A DNA stretch of 32,132 bases from Blastocatellia bacterium (GTDB lineage Bacteria; Acidobacteriota; Blastocatellia; RBC074): contig JANMAL010000663.1 of NCBI GenBank assembly GCA_031359775.1, forward strand, positions 1 through 32,132, written 5' to 3'. Under the pieces are notes generated by a model. That model was not told where the DNA came from, ran no database searches, and saw only the letters and a list, made by a program, of their open reading frames with translations. How positions within the stretch are numbered: position 1 is the first letter of the stretch; each line of letters starts with the position of its first letter. Below are positions 1 through 10,070 of the stretch, in pieces. Position numbers and translations under genes: made by a program.

Positions 1-69
1 ATTTTCCCGGAGCCTATGCTTCGTGGAAGCTCAGGTCGCTCACGCTCCCCGTACTGCATCATGAGCCTG

Positions 70-927
70 TTACAGATTCAGCAGCTTGCGAATGCGCGGT
101 TCCAGTGCGACGCGCAAATCCGCATCTGAAAGAGCATATTCCAACACCGTCTTCAGGTAATTCACTGGATCACCAATTGTCAGCCATTCGCCGTCCTTAA
201 CGGATTCCGCCACGACACGACCGCCCTGCCGAATATATTCGCGAATGGAATCGGTCAACCACAATTCATTTGCTTTGCCGAGTGGAATTTCTTTCAGAAT
301 GCGGATGATTTCGGTCGAGAGCAGAAAGCGTCCAAACGTCGAAAGATTCGATTTGGCCTCTTCGCGCGTGGGTTTTTCGACCACGTCTTCCATTTCCAAA
401 TCTGTGCTGCCCGCTTTGAGCTGCACGATGCCATAGCGCACGACGTCTTCCCACGGCACTTCCTGCGTCCCAATGACCAGCGCGCCAGTGCGATTGTGTT
501 TGTCTATTAATTGTTGCGTGAACGGTTGCGGCGCTTTGATAATGTCATCGCCAAAGGCATAGATGAAATGTTCGCCCTCGGTAATGTGGCGACTGGCGAC
601 GACCAGCGGGGTGCCGTTACCGTATGGCCCGGCCTGCGGCTCGAAGATGATTTCCACATCGGACATCTTGTGCTGAAACTCATCCAGTGCCGGGTATTTG
701 CCGCGTGGCAGGGTGGTTTCGCGCTGATATTGGCGATGCAAGGGGGCCGGGTTTTCGCCAGTGATGATGATGACTTTTTTAAGACCCGATGCAATGAATT
801 CTTCGATGATTAGTTGCAACGCAGGTTGGTTGATGATGGGCAACAGTTCTTTGGGATAGCCCAGTGTGACCGGTAGCATGCGTGTTCCTGAGCCAGCGGC
901 GGCGATTACGCCTGTCGTTATCTTCAT
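70..927 (-). CDS. galU: UTP--glucose-1-phosphate uridylyltransferase (GalU-type sugar nucleotidyltransferase)
   Basis: 285-aa ORF. The N-terminal loop GVIAAAGSGTRMLPVT..YPKELLPI matches the GalU/NTP-transferase signature AAGxGTRxLPxT...PKExLP. The ATG at 925-927 is preceded by AGGAG (minus strand, 937-941). Confidence 0.8.
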   Translation of the reverse strand: MKITTGVIAAAGSGTRMLPVTLGYPKELLPIINQPALQLIIEEFIASGLKKVIIITGENPAPLHRQYQRETTLPRGKYPALDEFQHKMSDVEIIFEPQAGPYGNGTPLVVASRHITEGEHFIYAFGDDIIKAPQPFTQQLIDKHNRTGALVIGTQEVPWEDVVRYGIVQLKAGSTDLEMEDVVEKPTREEAKSNLSTFGRFLLSTEIIRILKEIPLGKANELWLTDSIREYIRQGGRVVAESVKDGEWLTIGDPVNYLKTVLEYALSDADLRVALEPRIRKLLNL

Positions 928-985
928 TTGTTTCTTCTCCTGTTTTGTCTAAAGGCTTTGATTGCTTGCAAATCAGCAAGCGGTG

Positions 986-3900
986 TTATGGTTTTCTGGG
1001 AGATGGTGGGGGGCTACTTTCTTTCACGCGGCGGGGGCGCGCACTGCTTTTCGCTTTAGGGGCTTCCTCGCTTGCCTCTACATTACGCGTACCTTTGCGT
1101 CCTTGTCCGGCAGGCCTTTCGGGTGCTTCGACCTCCATCGCGGCACCGGCACTTAACTTCCCGGCGCTTTGCCCCATGTCTTTCGCTCGTTGTTCGACTT
1201 CAGAAGGCAATCCTTCGGGGGCAATTTCGCTGCTCTGGGAATTTATCTTCGGAGTCGTCGGCACTACGCGACCACTTTCGCCAGCGGGTAACACTGCTTC
1301 CGACGTTTGGCTGACGCGGACTGGGGCATCTCCTTCCAAATGTCCACTGGCGGCTTCTTCAACCACACCTGTGCTGTTACCTTTTTTGCCCACCGGCGTT
1401 CCGCCGACCAATGATTCACTACTGATGGATTGCTCAATCTCTGCGACCCGCTCATCGCTCAATTCGGTTTTCTTCCGCGGCGTAATCAGGGGGGGGGTTG
1501 GCGTAACTTTGATCGCCCTGGCGGCGGGCGGAGCGGGGTCTTCGACTTCTGCGAGAAGTAAAGTCGGGTCTGTGATCGTGTCCGACATTTCTGCGCGCAT
1601 GGCGAGCAGGGCATTGGGAATGACAACCGCGTCCGGCAGCGCAATCACTGCTGACACCACGACCAAAGATGGTATGGGTTGCGTCGTCGCAGTGATCGCA
1701 ACAGCTTCAATTGGTTGTGCTGACTCTTCGGCCTCAAGCGGCAAATGATAAGGAATCTCTGGTTGGGACAAAGCTTCATTTGCCAAGACCAAAGCAACCG
1801 GTTGAGCATCTGGCAAAATAACCAGTGGCTTGTCAACATTGGTTGTGGTGGCTATCGCGGACGGCGGCACAGCTTCGACTATGGCAGTTTCAATCACCTC
1901 TGCTTGATTGGGCGCTGCATTCACTAACTCCCCAATTGCGACTGCTGGGATGCGCGCCTCGGGCAATACGACAGGCGTTATGACAGTGGTGGGCGCGGTT
2001 GTTTCAGGCTGAGTTTCCGGTTTAGCTCCCGTAGTTACTTCCGCTGCAAGCTTTTCTGCAACAAGTTCTGACTTTGTTGTGGCTTCAGAGGCGGGAACTG
2101 TTTCCGGCGTCTTCACTACACGCTCGGCGGGCGTTGCCTCTGTCTTTTCTGGAGTTGTGGGCGCTGGTGCCGAATCTGTGGCAAGGGCCGTGGGCTTTGG
2201 TTGCGCAACAGGCTGCACACTCAGTGCCAATGCGGATTCACGCGCCTTGCCGATGCGTTCGTTCAGGCCGTCCAGTGATCCGTACAGCTTGCGATATAAA
2301 CCTTCAATCACAGTGCGATTAAGGTCTGAGCCGACCGAAGTTTTATCGGGCGGCTCATAAGCGGTGATGTATAAATCCAGCGCTTCTTTGCTTTGCCCTG
2401 CGCTTTCCTTCGCCAGTGCCAATTGCCATTGCGCGCGGGTGCGTTCGGGCGTCAGGCCATAGGTTTCGACTGCCTGCTCAAGCGTCGTGATGGCCTCAGT
2501 GGGGCGATTGAGTTTGACCAGCGCCCGTCCGCGCAAGGTCAACGCCCGTGCCTGAAACACGCGCAGGCGACCGTCCCGATCATAGTTCGGATAATCACGC
2601 AGCGAACCTTCCGGCGCGGTGGCTGATTCGGCGACTTCCAACGCTTGCCCCGTCAGCTTCAGCACCGTTTCCAGAGACTGCCCGGATTGCGTCAAACGCT
2701 CAGCGGCATAGAGCCAGCGAAACGCTTTGCGCGAACCCTCAGTTTCGACAAATTCTTCCGTGGATTTTTCGATTTCTGCGGATGCAGCCTTATTGTTTTT
2801 TTGACTCAACAAGATGGCTGAAACCAATTGCGAAGAGGACTGCTTCGTCCCGCGCACCGCGCCCTCAAAACGCGTCAGGTTTTCGGCCAACTTAAATTCT
2901 ACATCGGTTGTGATTGGCTCGGCTTGAAAGAGCGAAGCCTGCCGCTCGGGTGCCAATAATTCGGCGACCGTGTCGGCGCTCACTTCCTGGACGCCGCCGA
3001 GCCGCGTCTGGAATTTGCCTGCTTTGTAACTGAATGCTTTGCCAAATTCGTCCAGCGCGCCTTCAAAATCTTCGACTGCCAGGTAAATTTTGCCAAGCAT
3101 GAAATGCAGCGTTGGAAAGTCAGCGTACTTCATCGCCGCGATGATGTGACGTTCGGAGTCGAAGTATTTTCCTTCGGCCAACTCCACTTCAGCCGCAGCG
3201 ATGCGCGCCCAGCTAAAACGCGGTTCGGCGGTAAGCGCTGCATCTGCGGCTTGCCGCGCCGGGGCGACTTTGCCGCGTGCCAAATACGTCAACGCCAATT
3301 GCGTTTGCAAATAGAAATCGCGCGTTAATTCAGCATTCGTAACTTTGGCGGCCTGAGCCAGCAATTCATTCGCGCGCTCATCTTTGCCTTGCGCGAGGTA
3401 GCACAGGGCCAAACCTTTGAGCGACGGCGCGTGGTCTGGTTCCAAGCCAAGCTGATGAGTGTAAAGGTTGATCGCCACATCGTAGCGCGCGCGCGCGCGT
3501 TGTAGATTGGCCAATTCAAAATAGGCGCGACTGTCTTTCGGGTCGGCTTTGATGGCGGCAGTGTATTGCTCCGCCGCTTTGTCCAGGTTGAGATTGACGC
3601 GATGCGCCGCGCCCAGCAGGCGATATACGCGGGCATTGTCCGGCGTGAGCTTGATTGCTGAATTGAGCGCGCGCAACGCTTCGGTCGGCGCTTCAACGCT
3701 CAAATAAAATTCGCCAATCGCGGCTAACCGTTGGGCGTCGGCTCCAAATCGCGCTTCCATCGCGCGCGCCAGCAAAATTGCTTCGGTGCGGTATCCTCGG
3801 ATGGAAACTGCCACGGGAATACGGGCGGCGACTTCGTCAAAAAACTTGTCGTCCACCTGTTTCGGAAAAGCGGCAATCGCCTGCTTGAAGCGCTGAATCG

Positions 3901-4168
3901 CCCCGTCCACATTTTTTTCCGCAAGTTGCATTTCACCCAAGTACGCATAACCCCGGGTCATTTCTGCGCGCGCGGTGTCCGCTTGCGGAGCGTCGGGTTG
4001 GGCTTGCAGGAATTTTTGTAATGCTTCGATGCGGGCGGATGGTTCTGTCACGGCTAAAGCCGCTTCCAGAGTCGGTTGTGCGTCCTGTGCGTAGGCGCTA
4101 AAGCTGAAGAAGATTAGTAACGCAAAAATGAAGTGCTTGCTGATAGGGTTGTTTACGAAGAAAGCCAT
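986..4168 (-). CDS. Secreted tetratricopeptide-repeat (TPR) protein with a long Pro/Ala/Thr/Glu-rich disordered C-terminal tail
   Basis: 1060-aa ORF with an ATG start. It has an N-terminal signal-like segment (HFIFALLIFFSFSAYAQ). About 600 aa are recurrent TPR-like A/L/Y-rich helical repeats (e.g. AIKADPKDSRAYFELANLQ, LEPDHAPSLKGLALCYLAQGK). The last ~420 aa are low-complexity and end in a basic tail (RPRRVKESSPPPSPRKP). Confidence 0.75.
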   Translation of the reverse strand: MAFFVNNPISKHFIFALLIFFSFSAYAQDAQPTLEAALAVTEPSARIEALQKFLQAQPDAPQADTARAEMTRGYAYLGEMQLAEKNVDGAIQRFKQAIAAFPKQVDDKFFDEVAARIPVAVSIRGYRTEAILLARAMEARFGADAQRLAAIGEFYLSVEAPTEALRALNSAIKLTPDNARVYRLLGAAHRVNLNLDKAAEQYTAAIKADPKDSRAYFELANLQRARARYDVAINLYTHQLGLEPDHAPSLKGLALCYLAQGKDERANELLAQAAKVTNAELTRDFYLQTQLALTYLARGKVAPARQAADAALTAEPRFSWARIAAAEVELAEGKYFDSERHIIAAMKYADFPTLHFMLGKIYLAVEDFEGALDEFGKAFSYKAGKFQTRLGGVQEVSADTVAELLAPERQASLFQAEPITTDVEFKLAENLTRFEGAVRGTKQSSSQLVSAILLSQKNNKAASAEIEKSTEEFVETEGSRKAFRWLYAAERLTQSGQSLETVLKLTGQALEVAESATAPEGSLRDYPNYDRDGRLRVFQARALTLRGRALVKLNRPTEAITTLEQAVETYGLTPERTRAQWQLALAKESAGQSKEALDLYITAYEPPDKTSVGSDLNRTVIEGLYRKLYGSLDGLNERIGKARESALALSVQPVAQPKPTALATDSAPAPTTPEKTEATPAERVVKTPETVPASEATTKSELVAEKLAAEVTTGAKPETQPETTAPTTVITPVVLPEARIPAVAIGELVNAAPNQAEVIETAIVEAVPPSAIATTTNVDKPLVILPDAQPVALVLANEALSQPEIPYHLPLEAEESAQPIEAVAITATTQPIPSLVVVSAVIALPDAVVIPNALLAMRAEMSDTITDPTLLLAEVEDPAPPAARAIKVTPTPPLITPRKKTELSDERVAEIEQSISSESLVGGTPVGKKGNSTGVVEEAASGHLEGDAPVRVSQTSEAVLPAGESGRVVPTTPKINSQSSEIAPEGLPSEVEQRAKDMGQSAGKLSAGAAMEVEAPERPAGQGRKGTRNVEASEEAPKAKSSARPRRVKESSPPPSPRKP
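1489..1497. repeat. G9/C9 homopolymer tract inside the TPR gene
   Basis: Nine consecutive G on the + strand (cagggggggggttgg). On the coding strand this is ACC CCC CCC CTG, encoding T-P-P-L. Confidence 0.9.
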
Positions 4169-4308
4169 TACTTTACGTCGGGGCCGAATGATTAATTCTG
4201 CTCATTGTGAACGACCCAAATAATAGGCTTTCAGGCAGGCAAAGTAAAACTCGAATTTAGACTTTTGTGTGCGATTTCATTCCTCAGGCGGCTTGGGCAG
4301 CGCGCGAT

Positions 4309-5862
4309 TTATAGTGCGACCGCCTGCTCTGCCCAGACTTGAAACTCTCGATGCTTATTGACCTCGGCGTGCGCTTGAAGCTCGCCCGATGCCACTTTGA
4401 GCAAGTGTTGGAATAGCCGTTCGCCAACTTCCTGAATGCTTTCCGTGCCGTCAATAATCGTGCCTGCGTTCACGTCAATATCGTGGTTCATGCGATTGAA
4501 GGTTGCAGAGTTCGAGGACATTTTGACGACCGGCGCAATTGCATTACCAATCGTTGTGCCGCGCCCTGTGGTGAACACCACAATATTTGCGCCCGATGCC
4601 ACCAAACCCGGCGTGGATTCCTGATCGTAGCCCGGCCCCTGCATCAAATTCAGTCCGCGTGATTTGAGCGTTTCCGCGTAGCCAACGACATCTTCAACGC
4701 GTGATGTGCCGCCTTTGGCGATGGCACCGAGCGATTTGATCGTGATGTTCAGCAGGCCGCCAGCCTTATTGCCGGGACTCGGATTTTGATTCAGCACGCC
4801 GCCGAACTTCGCTGCATAATCCTTGTACCAATCCACCAAGCCGTAGACCGCCCGCCCGGTTGTCGCATCCTTTGAGCGTTGTGCCAGCAAATGCTCTGCG
4901 CCGCAGAATTCCGGCACTTCGGTCAAGATTGCGGTGCCGCCGGAACGGATCAGCAAATCCGAAGTTACGCCCAACGCCGGATTGGCGGACAAGCCGCTGA
5001 AACCATCGGAACCACCGCATTTCAGACCCAAAACCATCTCACTCGCTGGCACGGGAACGCGCGCATTTTTGTTCGCTTCTGCCAGCATTTCTTCAACCAG
5101 TTCGAGGCCGCGTTTGATCGCCGCTTGGGTGCCGCCGACATCCTGAATACCGAGTCGCGCGACGGGTTTGCCATTGGCTAGATTATGTTCGCCGAGGTAT
5201 TTCGTCATCAGTTGCATATTGGTTTTTTCGCAACCGAGATCAATCAAAATCACGCCGCCGACATTCGGGTGATCGGCATAATTGGCGAGCGCACGCATTA
5301 AAATTTCCACCGTCGAACCATCATTGCAGCCGCAGCCCTTGTTATGCGGAATCGCCGTCACGCCGCTAACGTTCGGATACTTCTGCGGGTTCCAGAGCGT
5401 GAATTCCGCCAACATCGAAATCTGCAAAGCTTCATGTGACGAACACATTGAGGTCGGCACAATCAAAATCCAGTTGCGCGTGCCGACGCGGCCATCCGGG
5501 CGGCGATAGCCCATAAACGTGGCGATGTCGAGTTCATCAAGATAGGTGGGGGCAGGCGTATATAAATCTTCGGGCAAGTCACGCACGACCGGGACCTCAT
5601 CCGTCATATTCGCGTGCGAAATCGGATCGCCTTCGGCAATGCCCAGCGATGTGCCAATGGGCTGTCCGTATTGCCGCACGAATTCGCCCGCCGGAATCGC
5701 GCGCGTGGCAAAGCGATGACCGGGATTCACGTCGCCGCTAATCGTCAACGCGTGTCCGTTCACTTGTAATTGTTGGCCCGTAGAAACTGGGAATTTGACG
5801 ACAGCGAGGTTGTCCTGCTCGCTGACGACAACGGCGTATTCACTAATTGGCTCAATATTCAT
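4309..5862 (-). CDS. uxaA: UxaA-family sugar-acid dehydratase (altronate/galactarate dehydratase-like)
   Basis: 517-aa ORF. It has an N-terminal SAF-like segment with GHRFATRAIPAGEFVRQYG. Blocks LGLKCGGSDGFSGLSANPALG, TEVPEFCGAEHLL, NPSPGNKAGGL and VVFTTGRGT align with my recollection of E. coli UxaA. The ATG is preceded by GGAG. Confidence 0.75.
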   Translation of the reverse strand: MNIEPISEYAVVVSEQDNLAVVKFPVSTGQQLQVNGHALTISGDVNPGHRFATRAIPAGEFVRQYGQPIGTSLGIAEGDPISHANMTDEVPVVRDLPEDLYTPAPTYLDELDIATFMGYRRPDGRVGTRNWILIVPTSMCSSHEALQISMLAEFTLWNPQKYPNVSGVTAIPHNKGCGCNDGSTVEILMRALANYADHPNVGGVILIDLGCEKTNMQLMTKYLGEHNLANGKPVARLGIQDVGGTQAAIKRGLELVEEMLAEANKNARVPVPASEMVLGLKCGGSDGFSGLSANPALGVTSDLLIRSGGTAILTEVPEFCGAEHLLAQRSKDATTGRAVYGLVDWYKDYAAKFGGVLNQNPSPGNKAGGLLNITIKSLGAIAKGGTSRVEDVVGYAETLKSRGLNLMQGPGYDQESTPGLVASGANIVVFTTGRGTTIGNAIAPVVKMSSNSATFNRMNHDIDVNAGTIIDGTESIQEVGERLFQHLLKVASGELQAHAEVNKHREFQVWAEQAVAL

Positions 5863-5906
5863 TTATTCTCCAACAAAGCTTGTTCTTTGTCAGTCTGGGT
5901 GCTGAC

Positions 5907-6503
5907 TCAATCAAAATTTAGTTCTGCAAATAACCCTGCGACAGGCATCGCAAAGCCGGGTATGACATCTTCGCCGTCCAACAAATCGCTGACTTGCAAG
6001 AAGTGGCTGGGGCGATCTGCACGGTAAACCAACACCGTTTGGTCAAATGGGCTAATCAGCCACACCAACCGGCAGCCGCTGGCAAAATATTGGTTGAGCT
6101 TTTTCAGAATCTCCCACCAAATGTCCGTTGGAGAAATTACTTCGACTGCTAAGTCTGGCGCGCCCTCGAACGGTTCAGTAGAAAGTCGTTGTGCTGGCAG
6201 CCGATCCTTCGCAACAAACGAAACATCCGGTTTGCGGGTGTTGCCTTTACTCATTCGATACACTGCACTTGATTCCAATACAATTCCGAGTTTTTGTGAT
6301 CTTACAAAAACTCCTAGTTCGCTTGTTAAGAGGGCAGCGATGTAGGAATTCTCCATAGTTGCGGGGCCTTTCTCTATTGGAACTCCATCTACCAACTCGT
6401 ACTGCTTGTCGGTCTCGCTCTCCAACCGTTCCAACTCTGCCTCCGTCCACACTTTCGGCAGTGTCACAACTGAATCAGCAAAAATTGTATTTTGTGCCTG
6501 CAT
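5907..6503 (-). CDS. Uma2-family (DUF820) putative restriction-endonuclease-fold protein
   Basis: 198-aa ORF. It has the typical Uma2 layout: YELVDG..IEK, then RKPDVSFV, then APDLAVEVISPTD (PD-(D/E)xK-like), then the C-terminal Y(F)ASG(C)RLVWLISP...VLVYR. Confidence 0.75.
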   Translation of the reverse strand: MQAQNTIFADSVVTLPKVWTEAELERLESETDKQYELVDGVPIEKGPATMENSYIAALLTSELGVFVRSQKLGIVLESSAVYRMSKGNTRKPDVSFVAKDRLPAQRLSTEPFEGAPDLAVEVISPTDIWWEILKKLNQYFASGCRLVWLISPFDQTVLVYRADRPSHFLQVSDLLDGEDVIPGFAMPVAGLFAELNFD

Positions 6504-6516
6504 GGAACTTCCTTGC

Positions 6517-7575
6517 TTACTGCGTCACGTCTTTCAAGAATTGATTGTACGCCGCTTCGGTTTGCTCTTTGCTAAGCTTGCCAGAGTTAATCACAATGCG
6601 AAAGCGCAACGTAATCTTTTGTCCCGGCTCCAACGTGTAATTCAAAACTGTCTTGCCATTCGTGAATTCTTTGGCCCCAAACGGATTGGCGGCGAACAGC
6701 CCGTAGCCGCGTGCGTGCCAATAGGTTGGATAGGTCGGGTTCCTCGGGTGATCGAAAATCGCAATGCTGACGTCTTCGCCTTTGACATTGCCGCTGAGCG
6801 TCATCCATTTTGACCGTTTGCCCCACGCGTCTTTTTCGCCCTGCAATCCTTCACTGTTCACATACTTACCATCCACGCCTGTGTTGTCCATCGTTGGCAC
6901 TTTGGTTGGGACACCATTGGCATCCGTGAAAACGTCGGGTTTGGTCGAAGGCTCTTCGAGCGTGCGCGCTACGCGAATGCCAAGTGCGCCTTCCTTGCTG
7001 TCACCGAAGACGACTTTTTTATCCTGCGCCGTGAGCGTAATGACACGATCAATGATGCGCAGGTTTGACGCAGAGCGAAATGTCATCTGTTCGTCCTGCT
7101 GCATAACCTTCGAGCCGTCGGGCATAATCCAATCCATCATCAACTTCATCGAAGCCGCGTTCTTGCCATTCTTGATGTTGCTGAAACTCTTATGGACGAT
7201 CTTGCCCATCTTGGCGGCTTCGTATTGCGAGGATTTGATGTCATCTGCGGGCGTGTTCCAAAAATCCACGCCATTGATATTGCCGTAGGTAAACCAGGAG
7301 GAGATGTGATGGGGATGGTCGGTGCGCTCGCCTGCGGCTTTCACCAATGGATAATTGCGCGTGACGACTGTCCCTTTGGCAGTTTTAAGCGGATACAAGA
7401 TTGGTTTCTTTTGCCCGTCCCACCAGCAATACGACGTGAATAAATCGCCATCAATCGTAACGTCAAGTTGTTTCTTCTCTTTGTTCTCGGTGATCTTGAC
7501 TCCTTTGCCATTGGCGAAGGTTCCGGGAGCGAGAATTAAGCTCATAATCAAAGTGAATAAAATTGCGCGTTTCAT
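6517..7575 (-). CDS. Secreted PmoA-like / DUF6807-type protein
   Basis: 352-aa ORF with a Sec signal (MKRAILFTLIMSLILAPGTFANG). The motif block KPILYPLKTAKGTVVTRNYPL...TDHPHHISSWFTYGNINGVDFW matches my recollection of the PmoA-like family that usually sits next to Gfo/Idh/MocA oxidoreductases. Confidence 0.6.
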   Translation of the reverse strand: MKRAILFTLIMSLILAPGTFANGKGVKITENKEKKQLDVTIDGDLFTSYCWWDGQKKPILYPLKTAKGTVVTRNYPLVKAAGERTDHPHHISSWFTYGNINGVDFWNTPADDIKSSQYEAAKMGKIVHKSFSNIKNGKNAASMKLMMDWIMPDGSKVMQQDEQMTFRSASNLRIIDRVITLTAQDKKVVFGDSKEGALGIRVARTLEEPSTKPDVFTDANGVPTKVPTMDNTGVDGKYVNSEGLQGEKDAWGKRSKWMTLSGNVKGEDVSIAIFDHPRNPTYPTYWHARGYGLFAANPFGAKEFTNGKTVLNYTLEPGQKITLRFRIVINSGKLSKEQTEAAYNQFLKDVTQ

Positions 7576-7615
7576 TGGGGTTCTCAGGTTACGGAATACA
7601 GAGGAAAGAATCAGA

Positions 7616-7656
7616 CAGGATTCACAGGATGAAGCAAAACCATCCTGTGAATCCTG
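7616..7656 (-). terminator. Perfect 16-bp stem-loop between the Gfo/Idh/MocA and PmoA-like genes (intercistronic terminator, attenuator or RNA-stability hairpin)
   Basis: CAGGATTCACAGGATG (7616-7631), a 9-nt loop, then CATCCTGTGAATCCTG (7641-7656). On the minus-strand transcript it lies 31 nt after the upstream stop and is followed by a moderately U-rich run (TCTGATTCTTTCCTCTG). Confidence 0.45.
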
Positions 7657-7686
7657 GCAAAACTTTCTGTGTGCTCAATGGTTCAT

Positions 7687-9036
<1,350 letters not shown>

Positions 9037-9213
9037 AAGGAACTCCTTCGGAAAATGCGCCGTAGACCTCGCGCCTGCGGCAACGGGTAAATAAAGGGAC
9101 TAGCGAAAAACTTCTTCGGTGCGAATCAATTGGGTCTGACAATCCAGTAACTTTAGAAGACGCACAAAACGTTGTCAATCTGCCTGGTATGACCAGCCGC
9201 TGGATTTTGGATT

Positions 9214-9951
9214 TTAGCGGGCCGTCAGCAACGCCGCTGAATCCTGATCCAGATATACGGTTACATTTGGATGTTGGCGGAGCATCGAGGCCGGTGCCAA
9301 TGGCGAGATTTCGCCTTCCAAACAGGCTTTTACCGCTTGTGCCTTGCGCGCATCAGGAACAACACAGACAATCTCGCGCGCTTTTAGAATTTGCTGAATG
9401 GACATCGAAATCGCTTGTTTTGGCACATCGTCCAGCGTGGGAAACCAGCCCTCACCAAATTGTTGGCGGCGACAGGCATCATCTAACTGAACGACGATGT
9501 AGGGCGTTTCGATGGCGAAATCTGCAGGTGGATCATTGAACGCCAGATGCCCATTTTCGCCGATGCCAACGAACGCGACATCAATGGGTGCGGCGGCAAT
9601 CGCGGCGTTGGCCTGCGCGCAAACCTCCACCACATCACCCGCGCCATCCAACAAATGATAATTCGTAAGCCCGGTTGGTTGAATAAATCGTTCCAGCAAA
9701 TACTTGCGAAAACTTGCCGGGTGTGCGATTGACATGCCGACGTATTCATCCAGATGAAACATTTTCACTTGCGCCCAAGCAATAGCGGGCGCTTGCGTTA
9801 GCGCAGCCAGAAATTCAAACTGGGATGCGCCTGTCGCGGCGATGATACGTGCGGTGCCGGTTGCGGCGAGAGCTTGCCGAATGGCCTTGGCGGCCTGTTC
9901 GGCGGCGGCTTGTCCCAATGAAATTTTATCGTCGAAGATTTTGATATTCAT
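9214..9951 (-). CDS. nagB: Glucosamine-6-phosphate deaminase/isomerase (NagB family)
   Basis: Contains the [17 protein letters not shown] motif and overall NagB/6-phosphogluconolactonase-fold layout. The ORF track starts at GTG 9969. In-frame ATGs lie at 9960 and 9951. MNIKIFDD.. (9951) best matches the usual M-x-I-x-V/I beta1 start of NagB proteins. Confidence 0.8.
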   Translation of the reverse strand: MNIKIFDDKISLGQAAAEQAAKAIRQALAATGTARIIAATGASQFEFLAALTQAPAIAWAQVKMFHLDEYVGMSIAHPASFRKYLLERFIQPTGLTNYHLLDGAGDVVEVCAQANAAIAAAPIDVAFVGIGENGHLAFNDPPADFAIETPYIVVQLDDACRRQQFGEGWFPTLDDVPKQAISMSIQQILKAREIVCVVPDARKAQAVKACLEGEISPLAPASMLRQHPNVTVYLDQDSAALLTAR

Positions 9952-9966
9952 AGATTTCATTTTAGC

Positions 9967-10058
9967 CACGAATTACACGAATCTTCACGGAGGAGAGGTA
10001 TGGTTTAATCGTCTTTCCCATGTGAACTTATCGTTCGTGATAATTCGTGTAATTCGTG
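9967..10058. promoter_or_regulatory. Symmetric pair of 16-nt elements (ATTCGTGTAATTCGTG in the sense orientation of each gene) flanking the nagB/nagA divergent control region
   Basis: CACGAATTACACGAAT (9967-9982) is the exact reverse complement of ATTCGTGTAATTCGTG (10043-10058). Each arm is built from 9-bp-spaced TTCGTG units, with a third degenerate unit on each side (10034-10042 TTCGTGATA; 9983-9990 complement CCGTGAAG). Confidence 0.5.
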
Positions 10059-10070
10059 ACAGATAAAAAC

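Noticed and set aside
955-985. Short GCTTGC/GCAAGC hairpin after the TPR gene as a terminator
   Set aside because: It has only a 6-bp stem and no U-tract on the minus-strand transcript. The galU start follows closely, so read-through is as likely.
882-1748. 288-aa + strand ORF (with smaller ones at 962-1156 and 1072-1314) opposite the TPR gene
   Set aside because: It lies entirely antisense to the low-complexity tail of the 1060-aa gene. It is Ser/Ala/Gly/Leu-rich with no start context and no recognisable motif. This is a typical compositional shadow ORF.
5907-6503. Uma2-family nuclease as part of a defence island or toxin-antitoxin pair
   Set aside because: It is a single gene flanked by ordinary sugar-metabolism genes. 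There is no partner methylase, antitoxin-sized ORF, integrase or repeat boundary. Uma2 genes are commonly scattered singly.
6764-7288. 174-aa + strand ORF inside the PmoA-like gene. Similar long antisense ORFs occur at 7563-8048, 8206-8856, 10498-10954, 11844-12441, 24449-25012 and 28636-28965.
   Set aside because: Each is fully embedded antisense in, or out of frame with, a gene that has clear family motifs. None has a convincing RBS or motif.
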